Below, in pieces: positions 11,001 through 18,436 of a stretch of DNA of 64,000 nucleotides (within the stretch, counting starts at the first letter, position 1; each line of letters opens with the position of its first letter). The position numbers and the translations under genes are program-made. The stretch lies in assembly GCA_965215505.1 (NCBI GenBank), contig OZ244065.1:4384001-4448000 (forward strand), read 5' to 3'. Under the pieces are notes generated by a model. The model was not told the origin of the DNA. It did not search any database and saw nothing but the letters and a program-made list of their open reading frames with translations. This DNA is from Capsulimonadaceae bacterium. Lineage in GTDB: Bacteria; Armatimonadota; Armatimonadia; Armatimonadales; Capsulimonadaceae.

Positions 11001-11281
11001 CACAGGTCACCCGCGCCCCGCGCCAGCAGGCCGGGCGCGGAGGCGACCAGGATGCGGTAGGCGGTCTGACGCAGTCCTCGGCCCGTGCCTTCCAGCGTCC
11101 AGGACAGCCGGGGGGCGGGAGTGTCAACGCCCAGGGGGTCCGCGACATACCCGCAGCGCAGGGTACCGACGTGGAGTGACCCGGCGGGCTGAGGCGCGGC
11201 GAGGCAGGGCGTCGGCCCGCCGGGCAGCCAGAGGGCGGCCAGGAGCAGGCCGAGTAGCGGCGGGAGTTTTGATGCAGGCAT
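8066..11281 (-). CDS. Alpha-L-rhamnosidase (GH78) with inserted F5/8-type C (discoidin) domain
   Basis: Signal peptide; PLGVDTPAPRLSW, GLGQYEMSVNG, TDCPTREKLGW, GLGDW and SQDHFMFG motifs; WVQIDLG...ARYVRV discoidin insert. Confidence 0.92.
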   Translation of the reverse strand: MPASKLPPLLGLLLAALWLPGGPTPCLAAPQPAGSLHVGTLRCGYVADPLGVDTPAPRLSWTLEGTGRGLRQTAYRILVASAPGLLARGAGDLWDSGAVASDRTNQIAYAGKPLRSGGRCWWKVRVVDQAGRPSAWSAPARWTMGILRPADWQGGEWIGRDAAVGNAALIGYHASEAQRQDDVKWVQIDLGRAVALSAVRLLPMQHAGRDGFGFPLRFRVEAANEAAFQHPETVTDQSSADYPNPGVGPVAFAAHAVTARYVRVTATKLWLRDAAITGTAAYAFALRGVQAISAGKEAAVAGVAAEDSVESSEWGRAALMTSGGLGARTDSVLLRRGFTVRPGLTRAVAFVCGLGQYEMSVNGARVGDAVLSPGWTQYNKTCLYDTYDITAALRPGANAVGLFLGNGMYNIHPGRYTKITGSFGPQRAFGLLRLEYADGTAQDVVTDGHWKVGAGPITFSSIYGGEDYDARLAPAGWDRPGFDDGRWASPVITAGPGGVLRGLSCAGPPIRRFGALLPISRRQISPTAAVYDLGRNASLLLRLRVRGARGASVRVTPSELVKENGDIDDQMCGGDSYWTYTLSGGGDESYASRFYYRGGRYLKVETRPAPGGASLPVVEVVEGDVIHADAPAVGHFACSSERYNKTASLIRQAQLNNMVSILTDCPTREKLGWLEEDHLNGPALRYNFDMATLMSKMVNDMADAQRPNGLVPSTCPDYPHWDEGAFTNPPEWGSACIAVPWQQYEFDGDLTPLRAHYDTMRRYVDYLSARAQGHVVGFGLGDWYDAHGDGASKLTPIGITATAFYFYDSQTLARVAALLGRPDDAAHYSRQAQEILAAYNQKFFDAATDSYATGSQASNAFPLAMGMVEPAHRPAVLDALARDLQSKGPTAGEVSLRFVLESLADGGRSDLIDTTFDTDTQGYGLQVKLGKTSLTEGWNGGSSQDHFMFGQINEWFYRSLAGIRDDPDGPGFRKIIIRPAAVPGLTWAGAAYDSRAGRIVSGWKREGGRLTLRVSIPANTTATVYVPAHDPRSVLEGGLPVSPGRGVEFLRSEDGASVYHVGSGDYVFTSR

Positions 11282-11284
11282 GGC

Positions 11285-14200
11285 TCAGTCTTTCCCGTCT
11301 ACCGTCAGGTGCGCCGTCTTGCCCAGCACGGACAGGGCGGGGTCAACCGCGCTGCCCATCTGCGGCGGCATGACGTCGTAGTCGCCCGGCGTGGCGGCCT
11401 GCAAGTGGTAATCGATCTCGTGCTGGCCGGGCGTCAGGTCCGAGATAAAAAAGACGACCTTGTCGTCACGCACGTCCGTATAGTCCCACCAGTTGGACCA
11501 GTCCGCTGTGTCGTCCCCGGACGCCTCGGCGACCCGGAACCCCGCCGGCAGCGGTTCCTCGACGACCACGCGCGAGGCGGGCCGAGTGGCATTAATAATG
11601 AGCCGGACGAGGACGCCCTCGCCCGCGTTCAGATGCGTGTCCGGGGTAGGCACGGTGTCCTCCCAGAGCCAGTTGCGGCGGCTCGTCGTCCGCATGTAGG
11701 TCCGCCTGATCCGATACCCGGATGGGGCGGGCGGCAGGGGCGCCCCGCCGGGGCGAAACACGGCGTTCCAGACGCGCGCCAAGAGCGGCGTCGGCGGGTC
11801 GGGCGCGGGCTGCGTGAGGCACTGCCGCAGTTCCAGCGAGTAGTACAGGCGGCCCGTCCCGACCTTCCGGAGCGAGACCGTGTTCTCGCCAATCTGCAAG
11901 GCCGTCCCAGGCACGTCCAGCGAGACCTCGGGCCGGTCCGCGGAGTCCGGCGTGAAGCGAACGGCGCGGACCTCATGCCCGTTGACCAGGACGTAGGCCT
12001 GGAAGTTCGGCGACGACTCGCCGCCCCGCGCCGCGTAGATCGCCAGGGCGCGCACCGCCACGGCGGTCGGGACCGGGCCGACCCAGTGGTCGCCGCTGCG
12101 GGCGGTCATCAGCCAGCGGGCCGCGCCGTCAATGCGCGCATCATCGGGAGTGACTGCCTCGGCCGCCAGCAAAGCCCAGGCCGTCGCCTCGGCGTCGGGC
12201 ATCTCGGCCCCCGCCCCCTCCGCCGTCCGGTGCCCGCCCCCTGCCCACGAGACGAGGCTGCCGGTCTGCCGCCCGACCTCCCACAAACGGCGCATCAGCG
12301 TCCGCGCCTCGCCGGCCTCTTCGCCGCCCAAGGCCTGCTCGGCCAGGGCGGCCCGCGCCAGATCGGCAGGGCGGGGCAAGGCGTCCGGGCCGCGCCAGCG
12401 CCTTTGGAGCCAGTGCAGGTTCGCTCGGGCGTCTTTCACATCGCCCCCCGCCGCCAGTGCCAGCGCGGCCAGCGAGACATTCGCCTCGTCCGGGTGCCCG
12501 TGTCCGCGCTCGGCGTTGGCGAGCGAGGCCAGCGTCTCGTTCGCGGCCTTCTGGACCTTTGCCGGGACCGGCAACCCGCCGGAGCGGGCCTGCGTCAGCG
12601 CCCAAGCCGCCCAGGCGGTCATCCAGACGTCGGGCTTGCTGGTGGAGAACCAGCCCCACCCCCCGCCGTCGCCTTGCAGGCGGACCAGTCGCAAGGCGGA
12701 GCGCCGGGCGACGTTTTGCAGCCGCGCCCGCGTGCCCGCGTCCGTCACCAGGCCGGGTGCCCCCAGCGCGGCGGCGTCGCAGAGCAGGGCCGAACCCGTC
12801 GCGTCCGTGCTTTCATAGGGGTAGCCCGAAATCCAGACCGTGGCGGGAAGCAGCGTCGTGCTGATGGAGGGCGCGAGCCGGACCGTCAGCCGACTCGCGC
12901 CTTGAATGGCCGACGGGTCGAGCGTGACCGACTGCGAAACGTCGTGCAGCAGCGTCCCCGAGTGCCAGACGTTCTGCATGACGCCGTGCGGCAGCAGCGG
13001 CACCGGCTCCTCCACGCCGTCGGACAGACCCCCGCCGGACGCCGTCATCTGGACGGGGACGGGCGGCGTGCCGTTTGCCGCGACGGCGTCGGGTGCGGTC
13101 ACAGTCCAGGTCAGCCGGGCCGGGCGGCCCGGCTCCACATCCACGGTCCGGGCCGCGTCACCCGACACGCCCAGCCCCGGCGCGGACAGGCGGATCGTGG
13201 CGTGGATCGTCCCGGCGGTGTTGTTGTGGACCAGGCCGATCAATCGCCCGGTGTCCCCGGCCACCAGGAAAAGCGGCGTTTCCAGCCGGACCAGCAGGTC
13301 CTTCCCGACCGTGACGGCGGCGACGGCCTTGCCGACGCGCGTGTCCGACGAGTGCCCGTAGCTCGTGATGCGCCACGTCGTCAGCGTGTCCGGCAGCGTG
13401 AAATGCACCGCAATGTTCCCGTCCGGGCCGGTCAGGAGGGCGGGCTTCCAGAGGGCGGTGTCGGGGAATTTGCGCCGGATGTCAATGCTGGTCCCGCCCT
13501 TGTCCACGTCGCCCAATGTCTCGACCTTGCAGGAGTAGTCGGTTTCGACGGCGTCTTCTTGGGCTGGCTGGAAGGCGTCGCCGATGGTGCCGGGCGGCTC
13601 CGGCTTGATGGCGTAGACGGCACCGTCCACCACGCCCAGCGAGACTTCGGCGGGGACGGGGCTGCCTTGCGCGTCCCGCGTATGCACGAGGATCGTGGCC
13701 GAGTCGCCCGGATGGTACGCCGTCTTGTCCGTGCTGAGGCTGACCAGCAGGCCGCGCCGGTCGTCGTCTACCGTCAGAGTCGCCTCACTGCTCTCGAACT
13801 GCTTGCCGTTGACCGCGCAGACCTTGACCCGGACCGAAGGCGCGTCGTCCAGTGTCACCGGGAGGTCCACGGCGTTCGAGTGCCGGGTCAGTGCCACGGT
13901 GAAGGCGCGGTAAAGCGTCGTCCCTTCCAGAGTGACCAGCGCAGTTGGGCCTGGGTGGGCCGTGTTGACCAGCAGGTGCGCGGTCTGCCCTGGCGTGTAT
14001 TTTGCCCGGTCCAGCACGACGGATAGGTCGGACAGCCGGGCGGGCAGGGCGCGGTCCGCGTCGGCGGTGTCGCCGGGGACCCAGACGTCGGTGTCCGCCG
14101 TGACCTTATTGCCGCGCCGGTCCGTCCCGCCGGCATGCACCGTCAGGAGGCCGTTCTGCGTGGCCGTGACGGTCGCCGTCGCCGAACCGTCGGCCCCGGT

Positions 14201-16285
14201 CGTGACGTGGACGTCCTTGACGGTCGTGGCCGCCCCTTTGCCGTCCGGCGTGTCCGCCTCATAGCCCGCGCTGACCTCGACATCCTGACCCGGCAAAGGC
14301 GCGTCCGAGGCGTTCCGGGCTGAAACCGTGACCGTCACCGCGTCGCCCTTGTGGCAGGCGTAGACGTCCGGCGTCGCCTTCAGCGAGAACTCGCCCTGCG
14401 CGACCGTCACCTTGCCCTCCGCGCTGACCGTGTGGCCGGAAGCGTCGTCCACGTCGGCGTCTACCGTGTATTCTTCGTCCCCGCCCGGCTCGCCGCTCCT
14501 GGTCGGCAGCCGCAGGAAGGCCTGGCCGTTTCCGTCCAGCGTGACATCCTTCTCGACCGTCGGCTCGCCGCCCGTGTCGGGGCTGTCGCCCGTGTTCTCA
14601 CTGCCGCCGCTGCTGAAGCCGCGCAGGATCACCTTCGCCCCGCTCACCGGCGAGCCGTAGTAGTAGGCCGCCGTGACCGTGGCGTCTACGGTGTCGCCAT
14701 GCACATAGCGGGGGGCGGAGAACGTCACCGTCGCCTGATACTCGGGCTTGTGGTAGGCGGCGACGCTGAACGTCGCCGACTCCCGGTGGCCGTCAATGAA
14801 GGCCTTCACCGTGTATTCGCCCGTCAGGGCCTCGGGCGAGAGGCTCAGGACGGTGTTCCACGACCCCAGCGCGTCCGTCGCCGTGTCCTGGTGGCTGACG
14901 AGGTTGTCCTGCGGGTCCCGGATGTCCAGGGTCACGGGCCGGGCCGCTGGCACCGCGAAGCCCCGGCCCTGGTCGAACCACCGGCTGATGCCCTCCAGAT
15001 TGACGGCCTGGCCGGGCCGGTAGACGGGCCGGTCGGTGTAGAGGAAGGCGCGCAGGGACCGGCCCGCGATGCTCGCCGAGGCGGCCGGGTCTGCCTGGTC
15101 GCCGCCTTCGGCGTCTGCATCGTCCGACGCCCCGTTCCTGCCAGGCGTGTTCAGGCCGAAAGACAGCGCGACCGTCGAGCCGCCCGCCTGCGCCACCAGA
15201 ATGCCTTCGCTCTCCGCCGATGCGCCCGCCGCCGAGAGCCGGGCCAGGCCGTCCGCGCCGGTCGTCGCTTCGCCCATAAGGCGGCTCGTGCCGGCCTCGG
15301 CGAACAGCCTCAGACGCGCGTGGGGGACGGGGCGGCCCGTCGCCAGATCGGTGACGAACGCCAACGTCCGCGTCCCGAAGGTCTTGCGGATCAGGGCCAG
15401 GTTCGTCACGCGCACCCAGCCGGTCGCCGTGACCGTCTTGGCGTCCTCGTCCGCCGTCGCCGTCACCCGGTACAGGCCGGGCGAGAGCGGCCCGAGCGGG
15501 ACGCGCTCGTAGAACGATCCCTCCTTGTCTGCGTCGCCGACGGTGTAGGTCCAGTGCCGCAGGGGGGTGAACTCGCCGCGCCAGAGCGGCCCCGGGCCCT
15601 CGGCGTTGTCGTGGACGGAGCGGGCCAGCAGGGAGGGCTTGTGGCCCAGCGCGCCGCCGACGTCCAGCCTGTCCAAGCGCAGGTGCAGGACGCGCGTCAG
15701 CAGAGCGCCTTGCAGGGGCAGCAGGGGAGTCTCGGCGGGCGTCCAGTCCAGCGTCGTCGCGGTGAAGTTCAGCGTGGACTCCTGCCGCTTCAACGGGATC
15801 GTGATCTGCGCGGCCTGCTCCTCCAGCACGACCACCGTGTGGGTGTCGTCGGACGAGTGCAGGCTGGTGGAGGCGCTGACCGCGTACTCGCCGACCCGGA
15901 CGTGGGCCAGCTCAAACCGCCCCTGGGCGTCCGTGTGGGTGCGCCACTCCGTCCGGGGCGCAGCGGAGCCGCCGGACGGGCCGACCTCGGCGTCATCTTT
16001 GCTGTCCTGCGTCCAGCCGAGCGGCGGCTCCGCCACGGCCTGCATGGAGGTTTCCACGTCCTGGACGGCGTCTTCGCCGCTCTTGGTATCATCTTTCAGC
16101 GACAGGGACACGTCGGCATCGGCCAGCGGCAGGCCCGAAACAGAGTCCACGCAGACGCCCCGGACCGTTCCGGTCGGCGGCTGGGACCAGGCCAGGGCCG
16201 CGCAGATCAAGGCGGTCAGGGCGATCAGGAGGGTGAGCAGCAGGCGTCGCCGCCGGTCGTCAGGCACGAGGGCGGGACGTGACAT
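11285..16285 (-). CDS. Bacterial alpha-2-macroglobulin family protein (MG2/A2M) with N-terminal carboxypeptidase-regulatory-like domain
   Basis: LYTDRPVYRPGQ, DKTAYHPGD, RRKFPDTALWKP, LPDTLTTWRI, Q..DGGWGWF and EEPLPAGF motifs; thioester CxEQ replaced by YPYESTDA. Confidence 0.9.
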   Translation of the reverse strand: MSRPALVPDDRRRRLLLTLLIALTALICAALAWSQPPTGTVRGVCVDSVSGLPLADADVSLSLKDDTKSGEDAVQDVETSMQAVAEPPLGWTQDSKDDAEVGPSGGSAAPRTEWRTHTDAQGRFELAHVRVGEYAVSASTSLHSSDDTHTVVVLEEQAAQITIPLKRQESTLNFTATTLDWTPAETPLLPLQGALLTRVLHLRLDRLDVGGALGHKPSLLARSVHDNAEGPGPLWRGEFTPLRHWTYTVGDADKEGSFYERVPLGPLSPGLYRVTATADEDAKTVTATGWVRVTNLALIRKTFGTRTLAFVTDLATGRPVPHARLRLFAEAGTSRLMGEATTGADGLARLSAAGASAESEGILVAQAGGSTVALSFGLNTPGRNGASDDADAEGGDQADPAASASIAGRSLRAFLYTDRPVYRPGQAVNLEGISRWFDQGRGFAVPAARPVTLDIRDPQDNLVSHQDTATDALGSWNTVLSLSPEALTGEYTVKAFIDGHRESATFSVAAYHKPEYQATVTFSAPRYVHGDTVDATVTAAYYYGSPVSGAKVILRGFSSGGSENTGDSPDTGGEPTVEKDVTLDGNGQAFLRLPTRSGEPGGDEEYTVDADVDDASGHTVSAEGKVTVAQGEFSLKATPDVYACHKGDAVTVTVSARNASDAPLPGQDVEVSAGYEADTPDGKGAATTVKDVHVTTGADGSATATVTATQNGLLTVHAGGTDRRGNKVTADTDVWVPGDTADADRALPARLSDLSVVLDRAKYTPGQTAHLLVNTAHPGPTALVTLEGTTLYRAFTVALTRHSNAVDLPVTLDDAPSVRVKVCAVNGKQFESSEATLTVDDDRRGLLVSLSTDKTAYHPGDSATILVHTRDAQGSPVPAEVSLGVVDGAVYAIKPEPPGTIGDAFQPAQEDAVETDYSCKVETLGDVDKGGTSIDIRRKFPDTALWKPALLTGPDGNIAVHFTLPDTLTTWRITSYGHSSDTRVGKAVAAVTVGKDLLVRLETPLFLVAGDTGRLIGLVHNNTAGTIHATIRLSAPGLGVSGDAARTVDVEPGRPARLTWTVTAPDAVAANGTPPVPVQMTASGGGLSDGVEEPVPLLPHGVMQNVWHSGTLLHDVSQSVTLDPSAIQGASRLTVRLAPSISTTLLPATVWISGYPYESTDATGSALLCDAAALGAPGLVTDAGTRARLQNVARRSALRLVRLQGDGGGWGWFSTSKPDVWMTAWAAWALTQARSGGLPVPAKVQKAANETLASLANAERGHGHPDEANVSLAALALAAGGDVKDARANLHWLQRRWRGPDALPRPADLARAALAEQALGGEEAGEARTLMRRLWEVGRQTGSLVSWAGGGHRTAEGAGAEMPDAEATAWALLAAEAVTPDDARIDGAARWLMTARSGDHWVGPVPTAVAVRALAIYAARGGESSPNFQAYVLVNGHEVRAVRFTPDSADRPEVSLDVPGTALQIGENTVSLRKVGTGRLYYSLELRQCLTQPAPDPPTPLLARVWNAVFRPGGAPLPPAPSGYRIRRTYMRTTSRRNWLWEDTVPTPDTHLNAGEGVLVRLIINATRPASRVVVEEPLPAGFRVAEASGDDTADWSNWWDYTDVRDDKVVFFISDLTPGQHEIDYHLQAATPGDYDVMPPQMGSAVDPALSVLGKTAHLTVDGKD

Positions 16286-17726
16286 CCGCGTCCTCCTTCC
16301 GCGCCGGGCTGCCCGTCACCGTCAGGCGCAGGATCAGCGCCGACGCCCCCAGCAGGATGAGGGCGACGCGCACGGCGCGTGTCGGCTCCGCGACGTGCCC
16401 GATGAGCGGCAGGAACTGGAACAACATCAGGCCGAGCAGAACGCCGCTGACGATGACCGCCTCCTGACGCAGCCGCGCCAGCCCGCCCGCCCCCGAAAGC
16501 AGCAGCCCGACTGCCACGCCCAGCAAAACGCCCGCCACCGAGCGCGGCTGCCAGATGTAATCCAGCAGCAGGGCGGGCAGTGTCAGGACGACGACCCATT
16601 GGAGCAGGACCGGCCAGCGCGCGCCGCGCGGGCCGTCCCCATTGGCCGCCCACTCCGACGCAAGCAGCGGCAGCAGCGCGCCCAGGCTGACCGCGAACAG
16701 GTCCCAGATGTCGCCCGGCCCGCTGGCGTGGACCGCCGCGCCGTTCTGCAAGGTCGCCAGCCGGTAGACCAGTAGGACGGCGGCGAAACCCATGCCGACG
16801 CGCCCGGCCCGCCCGCCGTCCTCGGAAAGTAGGGCAGGCCCGGACACCAGCCAGCCGCCCAGAATGAGCAGGGCCAGACCGTAGCCGGACCACAGGGCGA
16901 AGGCCAGGGCGCTGCCCGATGCCAGCAGGACCAGCCCCGCCGAGGAGGATTGTCGGTCGTCCCCCGCGCCGCGCCCCGTCCGGACCAGCAGGCCGAACAC
17001 GACGGCCCCCAGCGTCAACAACTCCAAGGGCCGCCAGGAGGGCGCGACCCGCGACAGCGGCAGCAGGACCAGGAGGATGGCCGCCGCCAGGGGGCCGAGG
17101 GCCGAGGGCCGCCGCGTCCGCCCGGCGAATGCCGAGGCCAGCGCGCCCGCCGCGCCCAGCAGCAGGGGGACGTCCGCCCAGAATTCCTGGTTCCGCGCCG
17201 AGGCCCGCCCGAACCCGATCAGGACCGCCCCCGCCAGGCACACCAAATAAAGCAGCCCGACCACCGCGCCGCCCCCGCCGCCTTCCGCGTCGGGGTCCAG
17301 CAGGGCCGGGGCGACTCCGAGGCACAGCACGGCCAGGGCCGCCCCGATCATCAGCGCGGTCAGCCCGGTCACCTCCCCGTGCGTCAGCCACAGCCGCCCC
17401 GCCGCGACGACGGCCGTCCCCAGCCCGAACATGGGAGCAGCGGAAGCCGCCCCGGACCGACGCCGTGCCAGGGCGCAGAGCGCCCAGCCGCCCGATGCGC
17501 CCAGGGCGATGCCGCGCGCCGCCATGAAGTCCGCGCCCGACGCGCCCAGCCGGACCATCGCCAGGCCGAGCAGCAATGTCGCCGCCAGCCAGACGGCGTA
17601 AAACGAACGTGGAAGGGTTGGGGGCGCGAGTCGGCGCGCGGCGCGGCCGGCCCCCGCGCCGAGGGCCAGGGTCGCCATGCCGATCACCAGGGCCAGCCAG
17701 GGCAGCAGCCAGAAATGAGTCGCCAT
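16260..17726 (-). CDS. Polytopic membrane protein of unknown function
   Basis: Many hydrophobic helices; GAGGAG RBS before ATG 17726; 3' end overlaps the A2M start. Confidence 0.75.
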   Translation of the reverse strand: MATHFWLLPWLALVIGMATLALGAGAGRAARRLAPPTLPRSFYAVWLAATLLLGLAMVRLGASGADFMAARGIALGASGGWALCALARRRSGAASAAPMFGLGTAVVAAGRLWLTHGEVTGLTALMIGAALAVLCLGVAPALLDPDAEGGGGGAVVGLLYLVCLAGAVLIGFGRASARNQEFWADVPLLLGAAGALASAFAGRTRRPSALGPLAAAILLVLLPLSRVAPSWRPLELLTLGAVVFGLLVRTGRGAGDDRQSSSAGLVLLASGSALAFALWSGYGLALLILGGWLVSGPALLSEDGGRAGRVGMGFAAVLLVYRLATLQNGAAVHASGPGDIWDLFAVSLGALLPLLASEWAANGDGPRGARWPVLLQWVVVLTLPALLLDYIWQPRSVAGVLLGVAVGLLLSGAGGLARLRQEAVIVSGVLLGLMLFQFLPLIGHVAEPTRAVRVALILLGASALILRLTVTGSPARKEDADVTSRPRA

Positions 17727-17809
17727 GAGTCTCCTCAAGCCGCCGCGCGGCACCCGTGCGGGCGGGGTGGCTTGGAGGATGGATTAGACGCGGGGAGGGC
17801 TTTTTCCTG

Positions 17810-18436
17810 CTACGGGTCCGCCTGCCCCACCAGGGCGGCGCGATACCCCGCACCGACATCCAGGTCGTGGCAGGTCCACCGCGCATCCGCCGTCGGCGTC
17901 GCCGCCGAGGAGAGTCCCACGCCCAAAGCTTTCAAGAAAGCCTCGTGCCGGACCCAGGCCCGCGTGAAGGCGGCGGGCCGGTCGGCGGGCGGCAGCGAGG
18001 ACAGCCGCGCCGCCTCCCCGGCGGGCAGATACCGTCCGGCCAGCGACACGGCGGCGAGGTCGGGGCAGACGCGCTCGATGTCTATGCCGACCGTGCGGTC
18101 CCAGGCCAGCGCGAACAGGGCCACGCCACCGCAGTGAGACAGGTTGAAGCCCAGGGCCGCGCCGTCCCCTTCCAGGAAAGGCTTGCCATGCTCGGTATAG
18201 TGGAAACGGAGCGAGGCAGGCGGGCAGCCCAGGGCCTCGCCGAGCAGCCCGCGCAGCAGGCCGCGGGCGGCTTCGAACCGGTCCGCGTCGAGCGGGCGGT
18301 GGAAGCGGGCCGCCCGTGCGCGCTCGTCCGAGGAGAGGGAGAGTGCCAGTGCGTCCCGCTCCCCCGGCGGCAGGTCCAGATCCGCGCGCCAAACCCCGAT
18401 GCCCGGCGTCAAGACCTCAACCGGCGTCAAGCGCAT
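17810..18436 (-). CDS. 4'-phosphopantetheinyl transferase (Sfp type)
   Basis: HGKPFL, FNLSHC, VGIDIE and WVRHEAFLKALGVGL motifs; overlaps the NRPS 3' end. Confidence 0.93.
   Translation of the reverse strand: MRLTPVEVLTPGIGVWRADLDLPPGERDALALSLSSDERARAARFHRPLDADRFEAARGLLRGLLGEALGCPPASLRFHYTEHGKPFLEGDGAALGFNLSHCGGVALFALAWDRTVGIDIERVCPDLAAVSLAGRYLPAGEAARLSSLPPADRPAAFTRAWVRHEAFLKALGVGLSSAATPTADARWTCHDLDVGAGYRAALVGQADP

Noticed and set aside
3935-11281. Complete polysaccharide utilisation locus
   Set aside because: Three glycosidases, but no transporter or regulator; treated as an ordinary CAZyme run
11309-16775. Long plus-strand ORFs (905, 643 and 402 aa) opposite the A2M gene
   Set aside because: Arg/Gly/Pro-rich antisense shadow ORFs with no motifs
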